The notes under the pieces are model-generated. The model was not told the origin of the DNA. It did not search any database and was given only the letters and a program-made list of their open reading frames with translations. From the human T2T-CHM13v2.0 reference genome, Homo sapiens, in the NCBI RefSeq assembly GCF_009914755.1, contig NC_060932.1: a stretch of DNA of 64,000 bases. One strand, given 5' to 3'. The position numbers were made by a program, and so were the translations under genes. Positions 15,196-31,550 of this stretch are shown here, piece by piece. Numbering within the stretch: the stretch's first letter is position 1; every line of letters starts with the position of its first letter.

Positions 15196-16099
15196 GGCAC
15201 CATCTTTGGCCAGTGGGAGTCCCTTCTGGTTGGTTCCTGTGTCCTTTGGATAAGGTCCCATTATTCTTTGATCCCTTTGTTTCTGGTTCATATCCAGCCC
15301 CAGGCCTAGAATTAAATCACTTCTCCAAGGAGCTCTCATTCCCTTTAGTGGAAAGAAGTGTTTAGAGACTAAAACCCAGAGGCTAGAAGTGCTCTTTGCT
15401 ACTGGATTCTCATGGTCTCTGAAGGGCTTTACAAAGGACAGGACAACTTACAAAGTTTTCACAGTGATAAGATTATAAGTGATTTCTGCTTTAATTTTTT
15501 TTTAAGTTTAACAACGAAAAATAAAAGATTTGGACTATAAGCTCCTTAAAAGGAAGAAAGTCATGTCCCTACCCACAATTACATTTACTGAGCACTTACG
15601 ATGTGCCAAATATTGTACTATGTTCTTTAGACTATAAAATCTTTAAGGCAAGGGATTCTGGTATATATTAATAACAAACTTCATTATTTTTTATCCAAAA
15701 TAGGCATATAATACCCTCTTACAAAATACCTGCCAAAGAAGTGGGGAAAGGCATTATGATCCCCCTTTTAAAGTTCATAAAGATGAACTCAGGAACAACC
15801 CTGGACATTTGATTATGGATTGGTATCAAATGTCACCAAAAAATAATTATTAATGTTTTAAGTATAATATTGTAGTTATATAAGAAAATGCTCATTTTTT
15901 AGCAATGCATACTAAAGTATGAAGGTCTGAAATGATATGTCTCCGAGATTTTCTTTAAAATAATTCAGCAAATTTAAAAAGCAAGAGATGAAGTAAATGT
16001 GTAAAAGTCTTGATAACCACTGAATCCGGGTGATGGATATATGAGGATTCATTTTACAATTCTTTTTACCTTTATGTTTGAAAATGTTTCATAGCAATA

Positions 16100-16648
16100 A
16101 TTTTTATTATATTTTGACAAATTATCATTGCATGTATTTATAGGATACAAAGTGTTATGATTTTTAATACAATGTGAAATGACGAAATCAAGCTAACATG
16201 TCCATCACCTGAAATATTTAACATTTTTTGTGATAAGAACATTTGAAATTTGTTCCTTTAGTAATATTGAAATGTACAGCACTCAACTCTTAGCCATATT
16301 CACCATGCTGTGCAACAGATCTCAAAAAAAGTCAACTTACTCCTCCTGTCTAACTGAGGCTTTCTACCTTTTGACCATCATCTCCCCATTCCACTTACCT
16401 CCCAGCCTCTGCTAACCACCATTCTACTCTCTGCTTCTATGAGTTCAATTGTTTTGAATCCCACATATAAGTGAGAACATACAGTATTTGTCTTTCTGTG
16501 TTTGGCTTATTTCACTTAGCCTAATGCTCTCCAGTTCCATCCATGTTGTCACAAATAACAGAATTTCTTCCCTTTTTACAGGTGTATAGTATTCCATTGT
16601 GTGTACATACCACATTTTCTTTATGCATTCATCTGTTGATGGACACAG
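16100..16648 (-). mobile_element. L1 (L1MA/MB-like) 3' end
   Basis: ORF 16445..16651 is the L1 ORF2 C-terminus (KMWYVHTMEYY...WMELE). Confidence 0.85.
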
Positions 16649-16966
16649 CAATAAAGTTTAATGGGCTTGGAGAACTGAAATTATTTTCTCATGGTCATAC
16701 AGAGGAACAGAGTTAGGATTCAGATCAAGAGTTGACCGAGTCTTCCTGTTCCAAAATATGAAGCCTGACCACATATACCCAGTGTTACCATAAGAGGAAT
16801 AAAAGGACACAAGGCCGTGGTGGCTGCTGATGTCTGTTCCACATGCCAAGCTGGAGAAAAGCTTGTGAAAAATTTGACATGTTCACAGCATATGATTTGG
16901 TTAGTGGGAGGTGATGATTCCTCAACTTATGTCACTAAAAATCAATCCATCTTCTTCCATTTTTGA

Positions 16967-17336
<370 letters not shown>

Positions 17337-17339
17337 AAC

Positions 17340-17627
<288 letters not shown>

Positions 17628-20406
17628 CAAACAGAACATTTTTAATGAAAGCCTAGTTATTACTTAACTATATTGTTCTTACAGAAGGAGAAAATATGAT
17701 CACCAAAACTTTGGATCAGAAATGATTTACGGCCATTTAAATGGACACTGGCTTGAAAACCAGTGCATCACGATTTCACAGTTATTCTTGTCTCTGCTAA
17801 GTAATAATCGGAGACAACCAGGCTTGCATTCAGTCAGTTATGGTACTCTGAACAGGTAGAGAATAGAAAGAGGGGAAAGAAGTACATCTTTTTTTTCTAA
17901 ATCCAGAAGGAAAAACCTAAGGAAGAAGGAAAAAGAAAACACGGAGGAAAAAGTACAGGTGTGATTTGATCAAATATCTGAAGTTACATTTTCACAATCG
18001 ATTCTGGTACTTTCACTTATAGAAATAATACCACAGTTAGTATTTGAATGGTTTTCTTAGGAATAATGATATTGATCTTTCAACATAACAATGCTGAGGT
18101 CTCTTTGGAGGCTTCCACTAAGCAGGGCTTTGTCCCCTGGTGTCTACATAAGTGGAAAACAAAACAAAAGGAAAAGATGGAGCTGACGCATCTTTATTTG
18201 TACCAACACAGGCTATGTTGAAGGACATGACCTAAGGTTTTTTAGAAACTGAAATTCCTCACTAACACCAAGAACTGGGCAGACACAGCTTCCTTCCCAG
18301 ACACAGGCTGCACTGAACTGGTCACCCCTAGCCCCACTCAGGGGAGGCCACGCCAAACGTCCAGCACAGAGCTGCAGACGGGAACTCAGGCTCTGTGACC
18401 AACGAACTCCCAAGACCAAGCAGGGCCCAGCCAAGTCAAATCCAGCACCCGGTTATCGGGACCAACAGCAATCAGATAAGTCACTCTGCCTCTCCACATT
18501 TACCTAGCCAAACTCCCTTCTTACAAAAGAGGCTTGAGGGTTTGTGAAGAGTATTATTCTCCATTAACAAATACGGTGTCATTGTTATCCCCATTTTATT
18601 ACTGGCATACTTGAGGCCTAGGGAGAGGAAGTGATTAGCCCAAAGTCAGAAAACCAGTCATCTGTGAAGCTGGATCTCAAAGTCAGGCCCTCTACAAACC
18701 CTACATCTCACGATCTTTCTACACTAACCTTGTACATCCAATAGCATCCCACTGTCATGAAAAGGTTACTATCCCATTAAGTGCCCATTACGAGTACACC
18801 TGTAGCAACTTCCACTTCTAGAGCAGCTTCTAGCAGAACAGCACTCCCATCAGTAACTTAAAGAGCCAGATAAAGTGTCAAAAAGAGGAGGGGGCACTGG
18901 AGAGTGGCCAAGACATGGAGGACTTGCAAGATTCCAGACAGAAGGGAAGCTCGCTGAGAGGAGCACAGTTGCCTGTGGCACCACTTCACCCCGGGAGTGG
19001 TGCAGATTCTCAACAGGGGAGAACCACTGCCTGCGGCAGAGAAGCCGGCAGAGCGCTCCAGGCAGTCTCATGGGGCTAGGAGAGCCATGGCTGGGGCTGG
19101 AGCCACCAAGTGAGGCAGACCCTGAGGAGCCAGGTGCCAGGAGGAGCCAGGAGTAGTGACAGTGAACCCGGAGCTCAGCATGAGCTCCCCCTCGCTTGTT
19201 CCCATTCAGCTCCGCAGGACGGAAGGCTGCCAGGTCCATCCAAGACTGCCTCAAAAGCAGAGTTGCTGTTCAACTCTAAAAAGTGGCACCAGATGGCCTT
19301 TGCGCACTAACAATGAGAATGAGATGCATAAGCTGTAAAAGGGGCTTCTTGAAAAATCCATCAGAGAGCTGAGGATGCAAAGGAACAGGCATGAGCTAAA
19401 TTCCAGGAAGCAGCAAGCTCTTCCTAGGAGACAGGGCCCAACAGCTGCTTTGTCCCTGGCAGAGGAGCAAGAGAAGGGAGAATTGGGCAGAGAACGGGGG
19501 AAGGAGAAAAGGGCTGAACTTGGAAGACACTTTCACCGCCTGCATGTAGGTGGGTGCAACAGAGTAGACTCCCATGGGCAAATCTACCATTCTCCAACGC
19601 CTCCTGCAGGCTTTTGCAGAGGGCAACGTGCAGTACACTGAGGCTGAGGGCAGGCAGGACAGCTAGGAGGACAGTCCCAGGCACTCAGGACCTCCCCTAG
19701 ATGCCTGGCAGCTGCCACAGAAATCCAGGCAGGGCAGAGAGCTGGCAGATGCCCTGAGGGGCACTATGCTTTCTCCAAGCACAAAGCAGAGGCTTGCTGA
19801 GCTTGGTAGACAAGAGAACAACCGAGATTCCTCCTCCAAGACCATGGCTGCCAAAGGTTAGGGCCAAGCAGCAAAGCTTGAAGAAACCCCTCCAAGGCAT
19901 CAGGACCCTTCACTGAGTGCAAGGCAGTACCCTGTGGAAGGCTGGGGGCAGGACCAAGAGAGAGCCCCCAAAATGCAGAAAGCCAGAGATAGGGCTGGAG
20001 ATCAGAGAAAACTCCCCCAAACCCACAAATCCAGCATCCAGTCTCAAAGCACAAAGATGGAAAGCTGGTGACTGGCTGCAAACCAAACTCCAGTCTTTTC
20101 TGTGCCCAGACCCCAAGCCAACAGAAGGTCAAATCCTGACCAAACACCTGAAGCTAAAGATGAAATGACCCCAAGGAGAGCTAGGACCAAGGCTACACCC
20201 AGCTCAACTGCAGATCAGATTGGCAATGCCCCACCCCCCTGGTGGCAAGCCTTTTGAGGAGGGTAAATATTTACTTTATGCTTTTTAATACAAGTCCAAA
20301 AGAGGAAGTAGTACAATATTTGAAGGGGGTTATGTTAAAAATGCATATTATAATCTCCAGAGCAAGCACTTTTTAAATAGAGATATGGCTTAAAAAGCCA
20401 ACAGAA

Positions 20407-20710
20407 GCCGGATGCGGTGGCTCACACCTGTGTTCCCAGCACTTCTGGAGGCTGAGGCAGGAGGATTGCTTCAGGCCAGGAGTTCAAGGCCAACCTGGGC
20501 AACGTAGCAAGACCCCCATCTCTACAAAAAAAAAAAAATGTAAAAATTAACCAGGCATGGTGGTGTGCACCTGTATTCCCAACTATGCAGGAGGCTGAGG
20601 TGGAAGGGTTGCTTGAGCCCAGGAGTTCAAGGCTGCAGTGAGCTATGATTACGGGCCACTGTACTCCAGCCTGGGAAACAGAGTGAGATCCTGTCTCAAA
20701 AAACAAAAAA
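20407..20710 (+). mobile_element. Alu (AluJ-like)
   Basis: Dimer flanked by the direct repeat aaaaagccaacagaa. Confidence 0.93.
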
Positions 20711-20741
20711 GCCAACAGAAAAGACAAAGTAGAATACAAGC

Positions 20742-21565
20742 ATGATATCGTAAAATATCTACTTGGCCTTTGACTACCTTGCCTGGCATACAACTCCTTA
20801 AATTCTTAGAATCTCCAAAGTGATGTATGTTTGTGCACTGAGTTGACCAAAGGCTGGCAGTCCCCAGGCAACTTCAGGATAAGGCTGGTCACCAGAAAGA
20901 CCAAGGCATGATTAGAGCCCCACCACGGGGGACGGGAGAGAGACTGAAAGTCGAGTTGATCAGCAGCCAGTGGTCTAACGAGTCATGGCTATGTCATGAA
21001 GCCTCCATAAAAACCCAGAAAGACAGGGTTTGGAGAGCTTGCAAATAACAGCTAGGGGCTCCTGGAGGGTGGTACACCTGGAGAGGCATGACAGCTCTGA
21101 GCCCGTTCTCCCACACCTCGCCCTGGGCATCTCTTCATCTGTATCCTTTGTAATATCCTTTACAATAAACCAGTAAACATAAGTGTTTCCTTCAGTTTTG
21201 AGAGTTGCTCTAGCAAATTACTCAAACCCAAGGAGGAGGCGGTAGAATCTCTGATTCACAGACAGTCAATCAGAAACAGAGGTCATAACCTGGGGCCCTC
21301 TAAGGGTATCTGAAAGGGTGGCGGGGAACCGTCTCATGGAACTGGACTCTCAATCTGTGGGATCCAACACTATCTTCAGATAGACGGTATCAGAAGTAAA
21401 TTAGAGGACACCCAGCTGGTATCTGTTGGAAAACTGACTGACTGGTTATTAAGGGGAAGAAATCCTTATACACATTTTGGCAACCAGAGGTCACAGAAAT
21501 TTTCTGTGTTGGTTGTCATGTTGAGAGAACAGAAAAAACACTTTGAGTGTGTTTTTCCACAGAAC
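20742..21565 (+). mobile_element. Solo LTR, MER21-like
   Basis: Start 'tgatatcgtaaaatat...ggcatacaactcc...ggctggtcaccagaaagaccaaggc' matches the recalled MER21 consensus. AATAAA at ~21164. Confidence 0.8.
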
Positions 21566-21740
21566 AAAATATATTTTATTCTCCCAAATAAAGGCATAAA
21601 AGGAGAAAAAAGAAGAGGAAAAAAACAGATATGACAAACAGAAAACAAATACAAGATGGTAGACTTGAACCCATCCACACAAAACTCGATAAAAAACCCA
21701 AGATCCAACTATATATACTTTATACTCTCAGGAAACAAAC

Positions 21741-22011
21741 TTTTTTAAAAAATATATTTTTTTTTATTTGCATAGGTTTTCGGGGAACAGGTGGTGTTTG
21801 GTTACATAAATCAGTTCTTTAGTGGTAATTTCTGAGATGTTGGTGCACCCATTACCCTAGCGATATACGCTGTACCCAATTTGTAGTATTTTATCCCTCA
21901 CCCCCTCCCACCCTTTCCCCGGAGTCCCCAAAGTCCGTTGTATCATTCTTTTGCCTTGCATCCTTACAGCTTAGATCCCACTTACGAGTGAGAACATACG
22001 ATGTTTGATTT
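21741..22011 (-). mobile_element. L1PB-like 3' stub with TSD
   Basis: Reverse L1PB 3' UTR. Direct repeat tcaggaaacaa at 21728 and 22012. Confidence 0.8.
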
Positions 22012-22320
22012 TCAGGAAACAACCTTTAAATATGAAGACACAGACTGAAAATAAAAGGATGGGGGGGAAAAGATATACCACACGAACACAAGTAATAAGC
22101 ATAATAAACCTGGTGTGGCAACATTAATATCAGACAAAGGGGATTTCAGTGTAAGCAAAGGGATGAATGGACACATTTCAAAATGAAAAAGGCAATTCAT
22201 CAAGGAGATACAATACTAAATTTGTATGTACTTAATAACAGAGCTTTACAATACATGAAGTAAAACCTGATAGAAATAAGAACAGAAAGATTCATGATTT
22301 TTTTAAAGTTGGAGGCTTTA

Positions 22321-22641
<321 letters not shown>

Positions 22642-23964
22642 GTGAAATTTAAAAACTTTTTAAGTAAAAGAATAGACAACAATGATAAGGAAGATTTAAA
22701 CAAACTATTAAATAACTTCTTCAACTGACATTCATACAACACTATACCCCTCAACTGCAGAATATAAGTTCCTTTCAAGTACTCACGGAAAATCCACCAA
22801 GACAGACCAAATGCCACACCATAAAACACATCTCAATACATTTTAAAAGACTGAAATCACACAGAATATGTTCTGACCATTACAGTATTAAAACAGAAAT
22901 CAATAACAATACCATTTCCACAACGGCTGCAAATACCTGAAAAGTAAGCAATGCATACACACGTCAAAAATAAAAACAAAAGCGAAATGTTAAAAATATT
23001 TCCAGCTGAATGGTAATAAAAACACAACAGGTCAATATTTGTGAGATGTACCTGAAGCAGTGCTTAGAGGGAAATTTATAGCCTTAAATGTTCATATTAG
23101 AAAAAAACAAAGGTCCCAAACCAATATCTAAGTCTGCACTGTAGAAGCTAGAAAAAGACATAAAATTAAATATAAAGTTGAAAGAAAATAACTAATGAAA
23201 TAGGAAACAGGAAACAATAAAGAAAATCAACAAAGTCAATGGTTCTTTGAAAACAAATGATAAACCCCTAGAAGAGAAACACAGATCATCTATATCAGGA
23301 ATAAAAAGGAGGCAGATCCTACGCTCATTAAGAGGATAATAAGGGAACAGTATAAACAACCATATGCCTATACATTTGACAAATGTGGTGAAATAGACAA
23401 ACTCCTTGGGGGTAAAATGACACAAGAAAAAATTGACAATCTTAATAGTCCTGTATTTATTAAAGAAGTTGAATCTGTAATCCAAACTCCCACAAAAATT
23501 TCCATCCCAGATGGCTTCACTCGTAAGTTCTGTCAAACATTTAAAGAAGAAATAATATCAATCTCATACAAACTCTTTCAGAAAACAAAGGAGCGAATAC
23601 TTCCCAACTTGTGTTATGAAGCCAGCACAACCCTGACACCAAAACCTGACAAATAACTAAAAGAATAAACTTAGACAGTAAAAGTAGCATGGAGTCTTCA
23701 GCAGTCTCACAGAACTAAAGAGATAAACAGCAGCATTCAGGATCCACTGAGGAAGAGAGACCCCCCCAAAAACACCATGAGTTCTCAGCTGGCACCCCCA
23801 AAGCACTATACAATAAGAGTACACCGAAGCCTTTTAAAAACTGCAATTTGTATATCTTTATTAAAGAAGCTGATATACAAATGGATACACAAATGGAAAT
23901 ATACAAATGGAAATCTGATATACAAATGGAAATCCGGGTAGTTTCTAAGAAGTCGGGGGTTACT

Positions 23965-24103
23965 GGCCAGGCGCAGTGGCTCATGCCTGTAATCCCAGCA
24001 CTTTGGGAGGCCGAGGCGGGCGGATCATGAGATCAGGAGATCGAGACCATCCTGGCTAACACAGTGAAACCCCGTCTCTACTAAAAAAAAAAAAAAAAAG
24101 AAG
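23965..24103 (+). mobile_element. AluY-like left monomer only, with poly-A and 18-bp TSD
   Basis: 'gagatcgagaccatcctggctaacac' followed by an A-tail. TSD aagaagt(c/t)gggggttact at 23947-23964 and 24104-24121. Confidence 0.92.
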
Positions 24104-24453
24104 AAGAAGTTGGGGGTTACTGCAGGGAAGGCACCTAAAGACCTGTGCAGTCATTACTTTTTGGGGAACCTTCCCTGGTGACTCTGCCTTGTGCTCCGCT
24201 CTGTCATATTTGGATTTGGTGATGCAGAGGCAGGCCACATAGTGCACAGGTAGCCTATGTGCCTCATAAGTAGCAGTGATCTAGAAATGCTTTACATCCC
24301 CCCACCATGATCAAAGGACCCGCTTTGCCTGCCACCACCTACAATGCTCTGCAACCATGACCAGTGATTCCTGACATACTAATGTCTCAACAACTTATTT
24401 TCCCCCTTCACTCAGACAAACATCATCAATGATGACTTTAAGATGTACATTAT

Positions 24454-24757
24454 GGCCAGGTGTGATGGCTCACGCCTGTAATCCCTGCACTTTGGGAAGC
24501 CAAGGCAGAAGGATCACTTGAGCTCAGGAGTTCAAAACCAGTCTGAGCAACACGAGACTTTGTCTCTAATAAAATTCAAAAAAAAAATAAATTAGCTGGG
24601 CGTAATGGCATGTGCCTGTAGTCCTAGCTACTCTGAGGGCTGAGGTGGGAGGATCACTTGAGCCCAGGAGGTCAAGGCTGCAGTGAGTCCTGATTGTGCC
24701 ACTGAACTCCAGCCTTGGTGACAGAGCGAGACCCTGTCTCAAAAAAATAAAATAAAA
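24454..24757 (+). mobile_element. Alu (AluJ-like)
   Basis: Dimer consensus. Confidence 0.93.
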
Positions 24758-24829
24758 TGTATATTACTTATTTTCTCTTTTGGTCACAAAAAAGAAACAT
24801 GACATAGTGATGCAAAAAACAATCATCCA

Positions 24830-25800
<971 letters not shown>

Positions 25801-25832
25801 TTTCAAAATCAATGTAAAAATAATTTAAAATT

Positions 25833-26146
<314 letters not shown>

Positions 26147-26287
26147 ACAATAATTTAAAATAAAACAGTATCACTTACAAGCTCAAAAAAAGGAAAATAC
26201 TTAGGTAGAAATCTAACAAAATACGTACATGATCAATCGTTGAGGCATGGTTATGTGTCAGATGTGGTGTAAGGTCCTGGAGCTTTA

Positions 26288-26603
26288 CATAAAAAGCAAC
26301 CTGGATGAGACTGGAAACTATCATTCCAAGTGAGTAACTCAAGAATGTAAAATCAAACATCATATGTTCTCACTCCTAAGTGGGAGCTAAGCTATGAGGA
26401 TGCAAAGGCACAAGAATGATACAATGGACTTTGGGGACTCAGGGGGAAAGGGTGGGAGCAGGTGAAGGATAAAAGGCTACAAACTGGGTTCAGTGTATAC
26501 TGCTCAGGTCTCAGAAATCACCACTAAAGAACTTACTCAGGTAACCAAATACCACCTGTTCCCCAACAACCTATGGAAATAATTTTTTTTTTAATTTTAA
26601 AAA
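26288..26603 (+). mobile_element. L1PB-like 3' stub with perfect 17-bp TSD
   Basis: 'gctatgaggatgcaaaggc...ggactttggggactc' is an L1PB 3' UTR. TSD aaggtcctggagcttta at 26271-26287 and 26604-26620. Confidence 0.88.
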
Positions 26604-27658
26604 AAGGTCCTGGAGCTTTAGAGATGCTTAGCTATGACCAAGGAGGCCACAGTCTAATTAGCATAGTTATAATTTACGAATTAGGGTGAAAGGATTTGAT
26701 GCTCGATTGGACACAGAAACTGAAGGAGGTAGAGACAAGACTGGCACTGAGGGTGACGGCTTTGGGGACCGGGTGGAGGAGAGCCACTGGCCGAGACAGA
26801 AGCCCAAGGTCAGAGGAAGGGCAGGGCAAGCTCGTCGGAAGACAGCAGCTCCAGCAGGTTGAGTCTAAAGCACCGGAGGGTGGAGAGACCCAGACTAGGG
26901 TAACTAGGAAAGTATACCGGGCACAAGCGGACCCCTGAGCACCATGAACATCAGCAGAGGTAACACTCCCAGGTAGAATGTGAAGGTGACAAAGAAAAAC
27001 AGAGGGCCCAAGGATGACATCCTGGGGAACACAGAGGTGAGGGGCAGTGAGAAACACATCTGGAAAGAATGCTAGAGGTTCGAGATGAGACTCAAGAGGC
27101 CAAAAGGTGAGATCTTCTGGAAAGAAAAGAAATGGGGGTGGATATGAGAGAAACATCTGTTGGGATCACCATACGTGAGAGTTAAGTGGTCATTTGTGAC
27201 CTTCAAAAAAACTTTCATCCATGCAGGAACCCAGCAGCAACAAATTAAAAATGGGACAGGAGCAGACAAAGCGATGGCTCGTCTCCTAGGGAGCACATGG
27301 CATTTCAAGCACACACGACAACGGTCTGGAAGTCAAGTGCTGCATTAGAGGCTCACCTGCATTGCCTTACTTAATATTTACATTTATCCAGTGAGTCAAA
27401 TATTATCATTAGCCCCACTGTAGGGAAGAGAAAAGTGAAAATCAGAGATATTATAAATCTTTTCAAAGGCCACACTGCTAGTAAGTGAGGCTGAGATTTT
27501 AACCCCAGGCTTCTTGAATCTATTGCTCTTTCTACCATATTAAGCAACCTCCTCGGCATTTTTGTGCTCATTTCGGAATCTAAGGCTTGGAAAGGTCATG
27601 TTACTTTCCTGGGGTTATTAAGGTAATAAGAAGCTAAATTATATTCAAACTCAATACC

Positions 27659-27953
<295 letters not shown>

Positions 27954-28589
27954 CACCTCAATGCTATATGTTCACGCTTTTTGCTTTCTTCAGTTTGTCA
28001 CTTTGCCACCGAGATTGCCCCAAAATGTGACTGATATCCTGAAACTGCCACTCCAACATGTCCAGCAAGTTAAGCATCTTACAGAGCAAGAGAAATCAAC
28101 TCAGCTTTTCTTCATTCTGCATATACATCCAGGTAGCATAATGGTCTACCTAGAAAGGCTGAAAAAGTCACATGCCACCACTATAAATATTAATGATATG
28201 ACAAACCAGGAGATATGGAAGAAGATCTGTCATGTAACAAGAAAACAAGGCATTTCCTTAACAGAGTGTGGATTAACTTAGATAAATTTGCAGTGAGCCA
28301 CATTAACTGCCTCCTGTCAATAATTTTTCATATTTGCTAGTCACTTAATTTTCAGAGTGACCAGTTGGAGGCCCTGATGAACAATCATTCAAGTGCACCA
28401 AAAGACTGAATATTTTTCCTTGTTCCTTTCAGGTTTATAAACATGTTCTACCAAAATGAAAGGTAATTGTGTTAAACCATCAGGTCACTATAAAAACATC
28501 TATTTCAAGCACTGCCTAGAAAAATTTTTAACATCTCTAGAGATCTTAACATAATGCCCAGAAGAAGAAATTATATTAAGAAGAAAGAC

Positions 28590-30490
28590 CTGTACTACCC
28601 AGAGCAATCTACAAATTCAAATTACTTTCTTGGGGCTATTCATGTAATAAATTGCTAGATTACATTCAAACTCAAAGCTTTAAGTTCAAACTTTCTGCTT
28701 TTTTCATTTTGTCACGCTGCCCACCCAGACTGCCCCAAAATGAAAAAATGCAAAGAAAACACAGATATCCTAGAACTAATCCCTATCAAAATACCAGTGA
28801 TGTTTTTGACAGAAATAGAAAAACAAATCCTAAAATTCATATGGAACCTTAAAAATCCTCAAATAGCTAAGGCAATCCTGAGCAAAAAATAACAAAGCAG
28901 GAGGCATCACATTACCTGACTTCAAAATATACTACAAAGCTATAGTAAGCAAAACATCATGGTACTGGCATAAAAACAGACTTGTAGACCAATTAAAAAA
29001 AAAAAAAGAACCCAGATATAAACCCATGTTTTCACAGTCAAATAATTTTCATCAAAGTTGTCAAGAGCATCCACTGGGAAAAAGACAATCTCTTCAATAA
29101 ATGGTGCTGGGAAAACTGGATATAAGTATGCAGAAGAATGAAACTAGACCTCTATGTGCCACTATATACAAAAATTGACTCAAAAGGGATTGAAGACTTA
29201 AATGTAAAAACCAAAACTACAAATCTAATAGAAGAAAAACATAGGGAAAACACTTCAGGTCATTGGTCTAAGCAAAGATTTTATGGATAAGGACTCAAAA
29301 GCACAGGCCAATAAAAACAGAAATAGATAAATGAGATTATATCAAACTAAAAAACCTCTGCACAGCAAAGGAAACATCACAGTGAACAACAATCTGCAGA
29401 ATGAGAGAAAATATTTGCAAACTATTCATCCAACAAGGGACCAATGTCCAGAATATAAAGGAACTCAACAGCAAAAAATCATCATCATCATCATCATCAT
29501 CACCACCCCATGAAAAAGCAGGCAAAAGACGTGAATAGACATTTCTCGAAAGAAGACATACAAAATGGCTAACAGGTATATGAAACAATGCTCATCACTA
29601 ATCATCAGGGAAATGCAAATCAAAACCACAGTGAGAGATCATCTCACCCCAGCAAGAATGGCTGTGATCAAAAAGACAAAGGATAACAAATACAGGAGGG
29701 TGCAGAGAAAGGGGAACTCTTAGGTGCTGTTGATAGGAATGTAAATTAGTACTGTTATGATGGAAAACAGTTTGAAGGTTCCTCAAAGAACTAAAAATAG
29801 AACTATCACATGATCCAGCAATCCCACTGCTGGGATTTCCAAAGGAAAAGAAATCAGGATGTCAAAGAGATACCTGCACTCCCATGTCTACCGCAGCACT
29901 AAGTCACAGTAGCCAAGATATGGAATCAACCCAAGTGACCATCAATAGAGGACTAGATAAGGAAAATGTGCTATATATACACCGTGGAATGTGATTCAGC
30001 CATAAAAAAAGAATGAAATTCTGTGATTCACTATGACATGGTTGAACCTAATGTCCTAAAGGGCATTATGTTAAGTAAAATAAGCCAGGCACAGAAAGGC
30101 AAATACCACATGTTCTCTCTCATATGTGGAAGCTAAACAAGTTGATCTCATAAGGAGAGAGTAGAGGCTGGGAAGGGTTGGGGGAAGGAAGGATAGGGAG
30201 AGGTTGGTCAACAGAGACAAAATTACAGCTAGACAGAAAGAATAAATTCAAGTGTCCTATAGCACTGTAGGGTGACTAAAAGTAACAACAATTTTTTGTG
30301 TATTTTCAGTTGGCTAGAAGAGAGGATTCTAAATGTTCCCAACACAAAGAAATGATAAATGTTTGAAGATGGATTTGCAAAGTACCCTGAATTGATCATT
30401 ACACATGATATACGTGTATCAAAACATTACACAGTACCACATAAACATATACAATTACTGTATCAATTAAAAATACTAAAATAAAAAATT
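28590..30490 (+). mobile_element. L1MA-like ORF2 3' part and 3' UTR
   Basis: Continuous L1 motifs ('ggaggcatcacattacctgacttcaaa', 'caataaatggtgctgggaaaactgg', 'gggaaatgcaaatcaaaaccaca'). Contains (ATC)n at ~29478-29501. Confidence 0.9.
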
Positions 30491-30712
30491 TTAAAGTTTT
30501 AAAAAAATAAAGATAATAAATTATTAGAATCTGCACATCTAACTATGAAGCAATGGTTAGATAAACTATGGTACAGCAGCATAATGCAAATTTATGCAAA
30601 CATTAAAAATGACATTTATAAAGACTGCAACAATATGGAAAATGTTATGTCACATGGAAAATCAGGATACAGAATTATATTTACAAAATAAATTCGATGT
30701 AAGGAATTAACC

Positions 30713-30997
30713 CGCCTGGGCACAGTGGCTCAAACCTGTAATCCCAGAACTTTGGGAGGCCAGGTGGGAGGATCACGAGTTCAAGACCAGCCTGGTCAAC
30801 ATCGTGAAACCCCCAACTCTACTAAAAATACGAAAATTAGCCGGACACAGTGGCACATGCCAGTAGTCCCAGCTACTCCAGAGACTGAGGCAAGAGAATC
30901 ACTTGAACCCGGGAGGCAGAGGTTGCAGTGAGCCGAGATCATACCACTTCACCCAAGCCTGGGCTAAAAAGCGAGACTTTGTCTCAAAAAAAAAAAA
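30713..30997 (+). mobile_element. Alu (AluS-like)
   Basis: Dimer consensus. Confidence 0.92.
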
Positions 30998-31184
30998 GAG
31001 AAAAAGAAAAGAATGAAAAGAAAGAAAGCAATTAACCCAATTTTTAAAATAACAGAAAACAATACAAAAGAAATACACTAAAATGTTAACAGGGCTTGCC
31101 TATATAGGATTATGCATAATTTTTTCCTGTTTATGTTTTCCAAGATTTCTAAAGGAAGCATATATTACTTGTATAATAAAAACT

Positions 31185-31240
31185 ATATATATGTAGATAG
31201 CTAGATATAGATATAGATGTAGATATAGATATAGATACAT
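31185..31240. repeat. (ATAGAT)n-like microsatellite
   Basis: Directly visible. Confidence 0.85.
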
Positions 31241-31243
31241 AGG

Positions 31244-31550
31244 TTTTTGTTTTGTTTGTTGTTGTTGTTGAGACGGAGTCTCACTCTTGTCGCCCAGGCT
31301 GGAGTGCAATGGTGCGATCTCAGCTCGTTGCAACCTCCGCCTCCCAGATTCAAGCTTCTCCTGCCTCAGCCTCCTCAGTAGCTGGGATTACAGGCACCCA
31401 CCACCATGCCCAGCTAATTTTTATACTTTTAGTAAAGACGGGATTTTGCAATGTTGGCCAGGCTGGTCTCAAACTCCTGACCTCAGGTGATCCACCCGCC
31501 TCAGCTTCCCAAAGTGCTGGGATTACAGGCGTAAGCCACCGCGCCTGGCC
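31244..31550 (-). mobile_element. Alu (AluS-like)
   Basis: Reverse dimer with (TTG)n tail. Confidence 0.94.

Noticed and set aside
18860-20260. Purine-rich block with many short ORFs
   Set aside because: It is probably a degenerate L1 5' region ahead of the L1 ORF2 at ~21.6 kb. I cannot assign it confidently, and it has no exon signals matching TRAPPC9.
23872-23935. Short (TACAAATGGA) repeats, plus small duplications at ~38106-38160 and ~38793-38836
   Set aside because: Ordinary slippage duplications with no functional hint.
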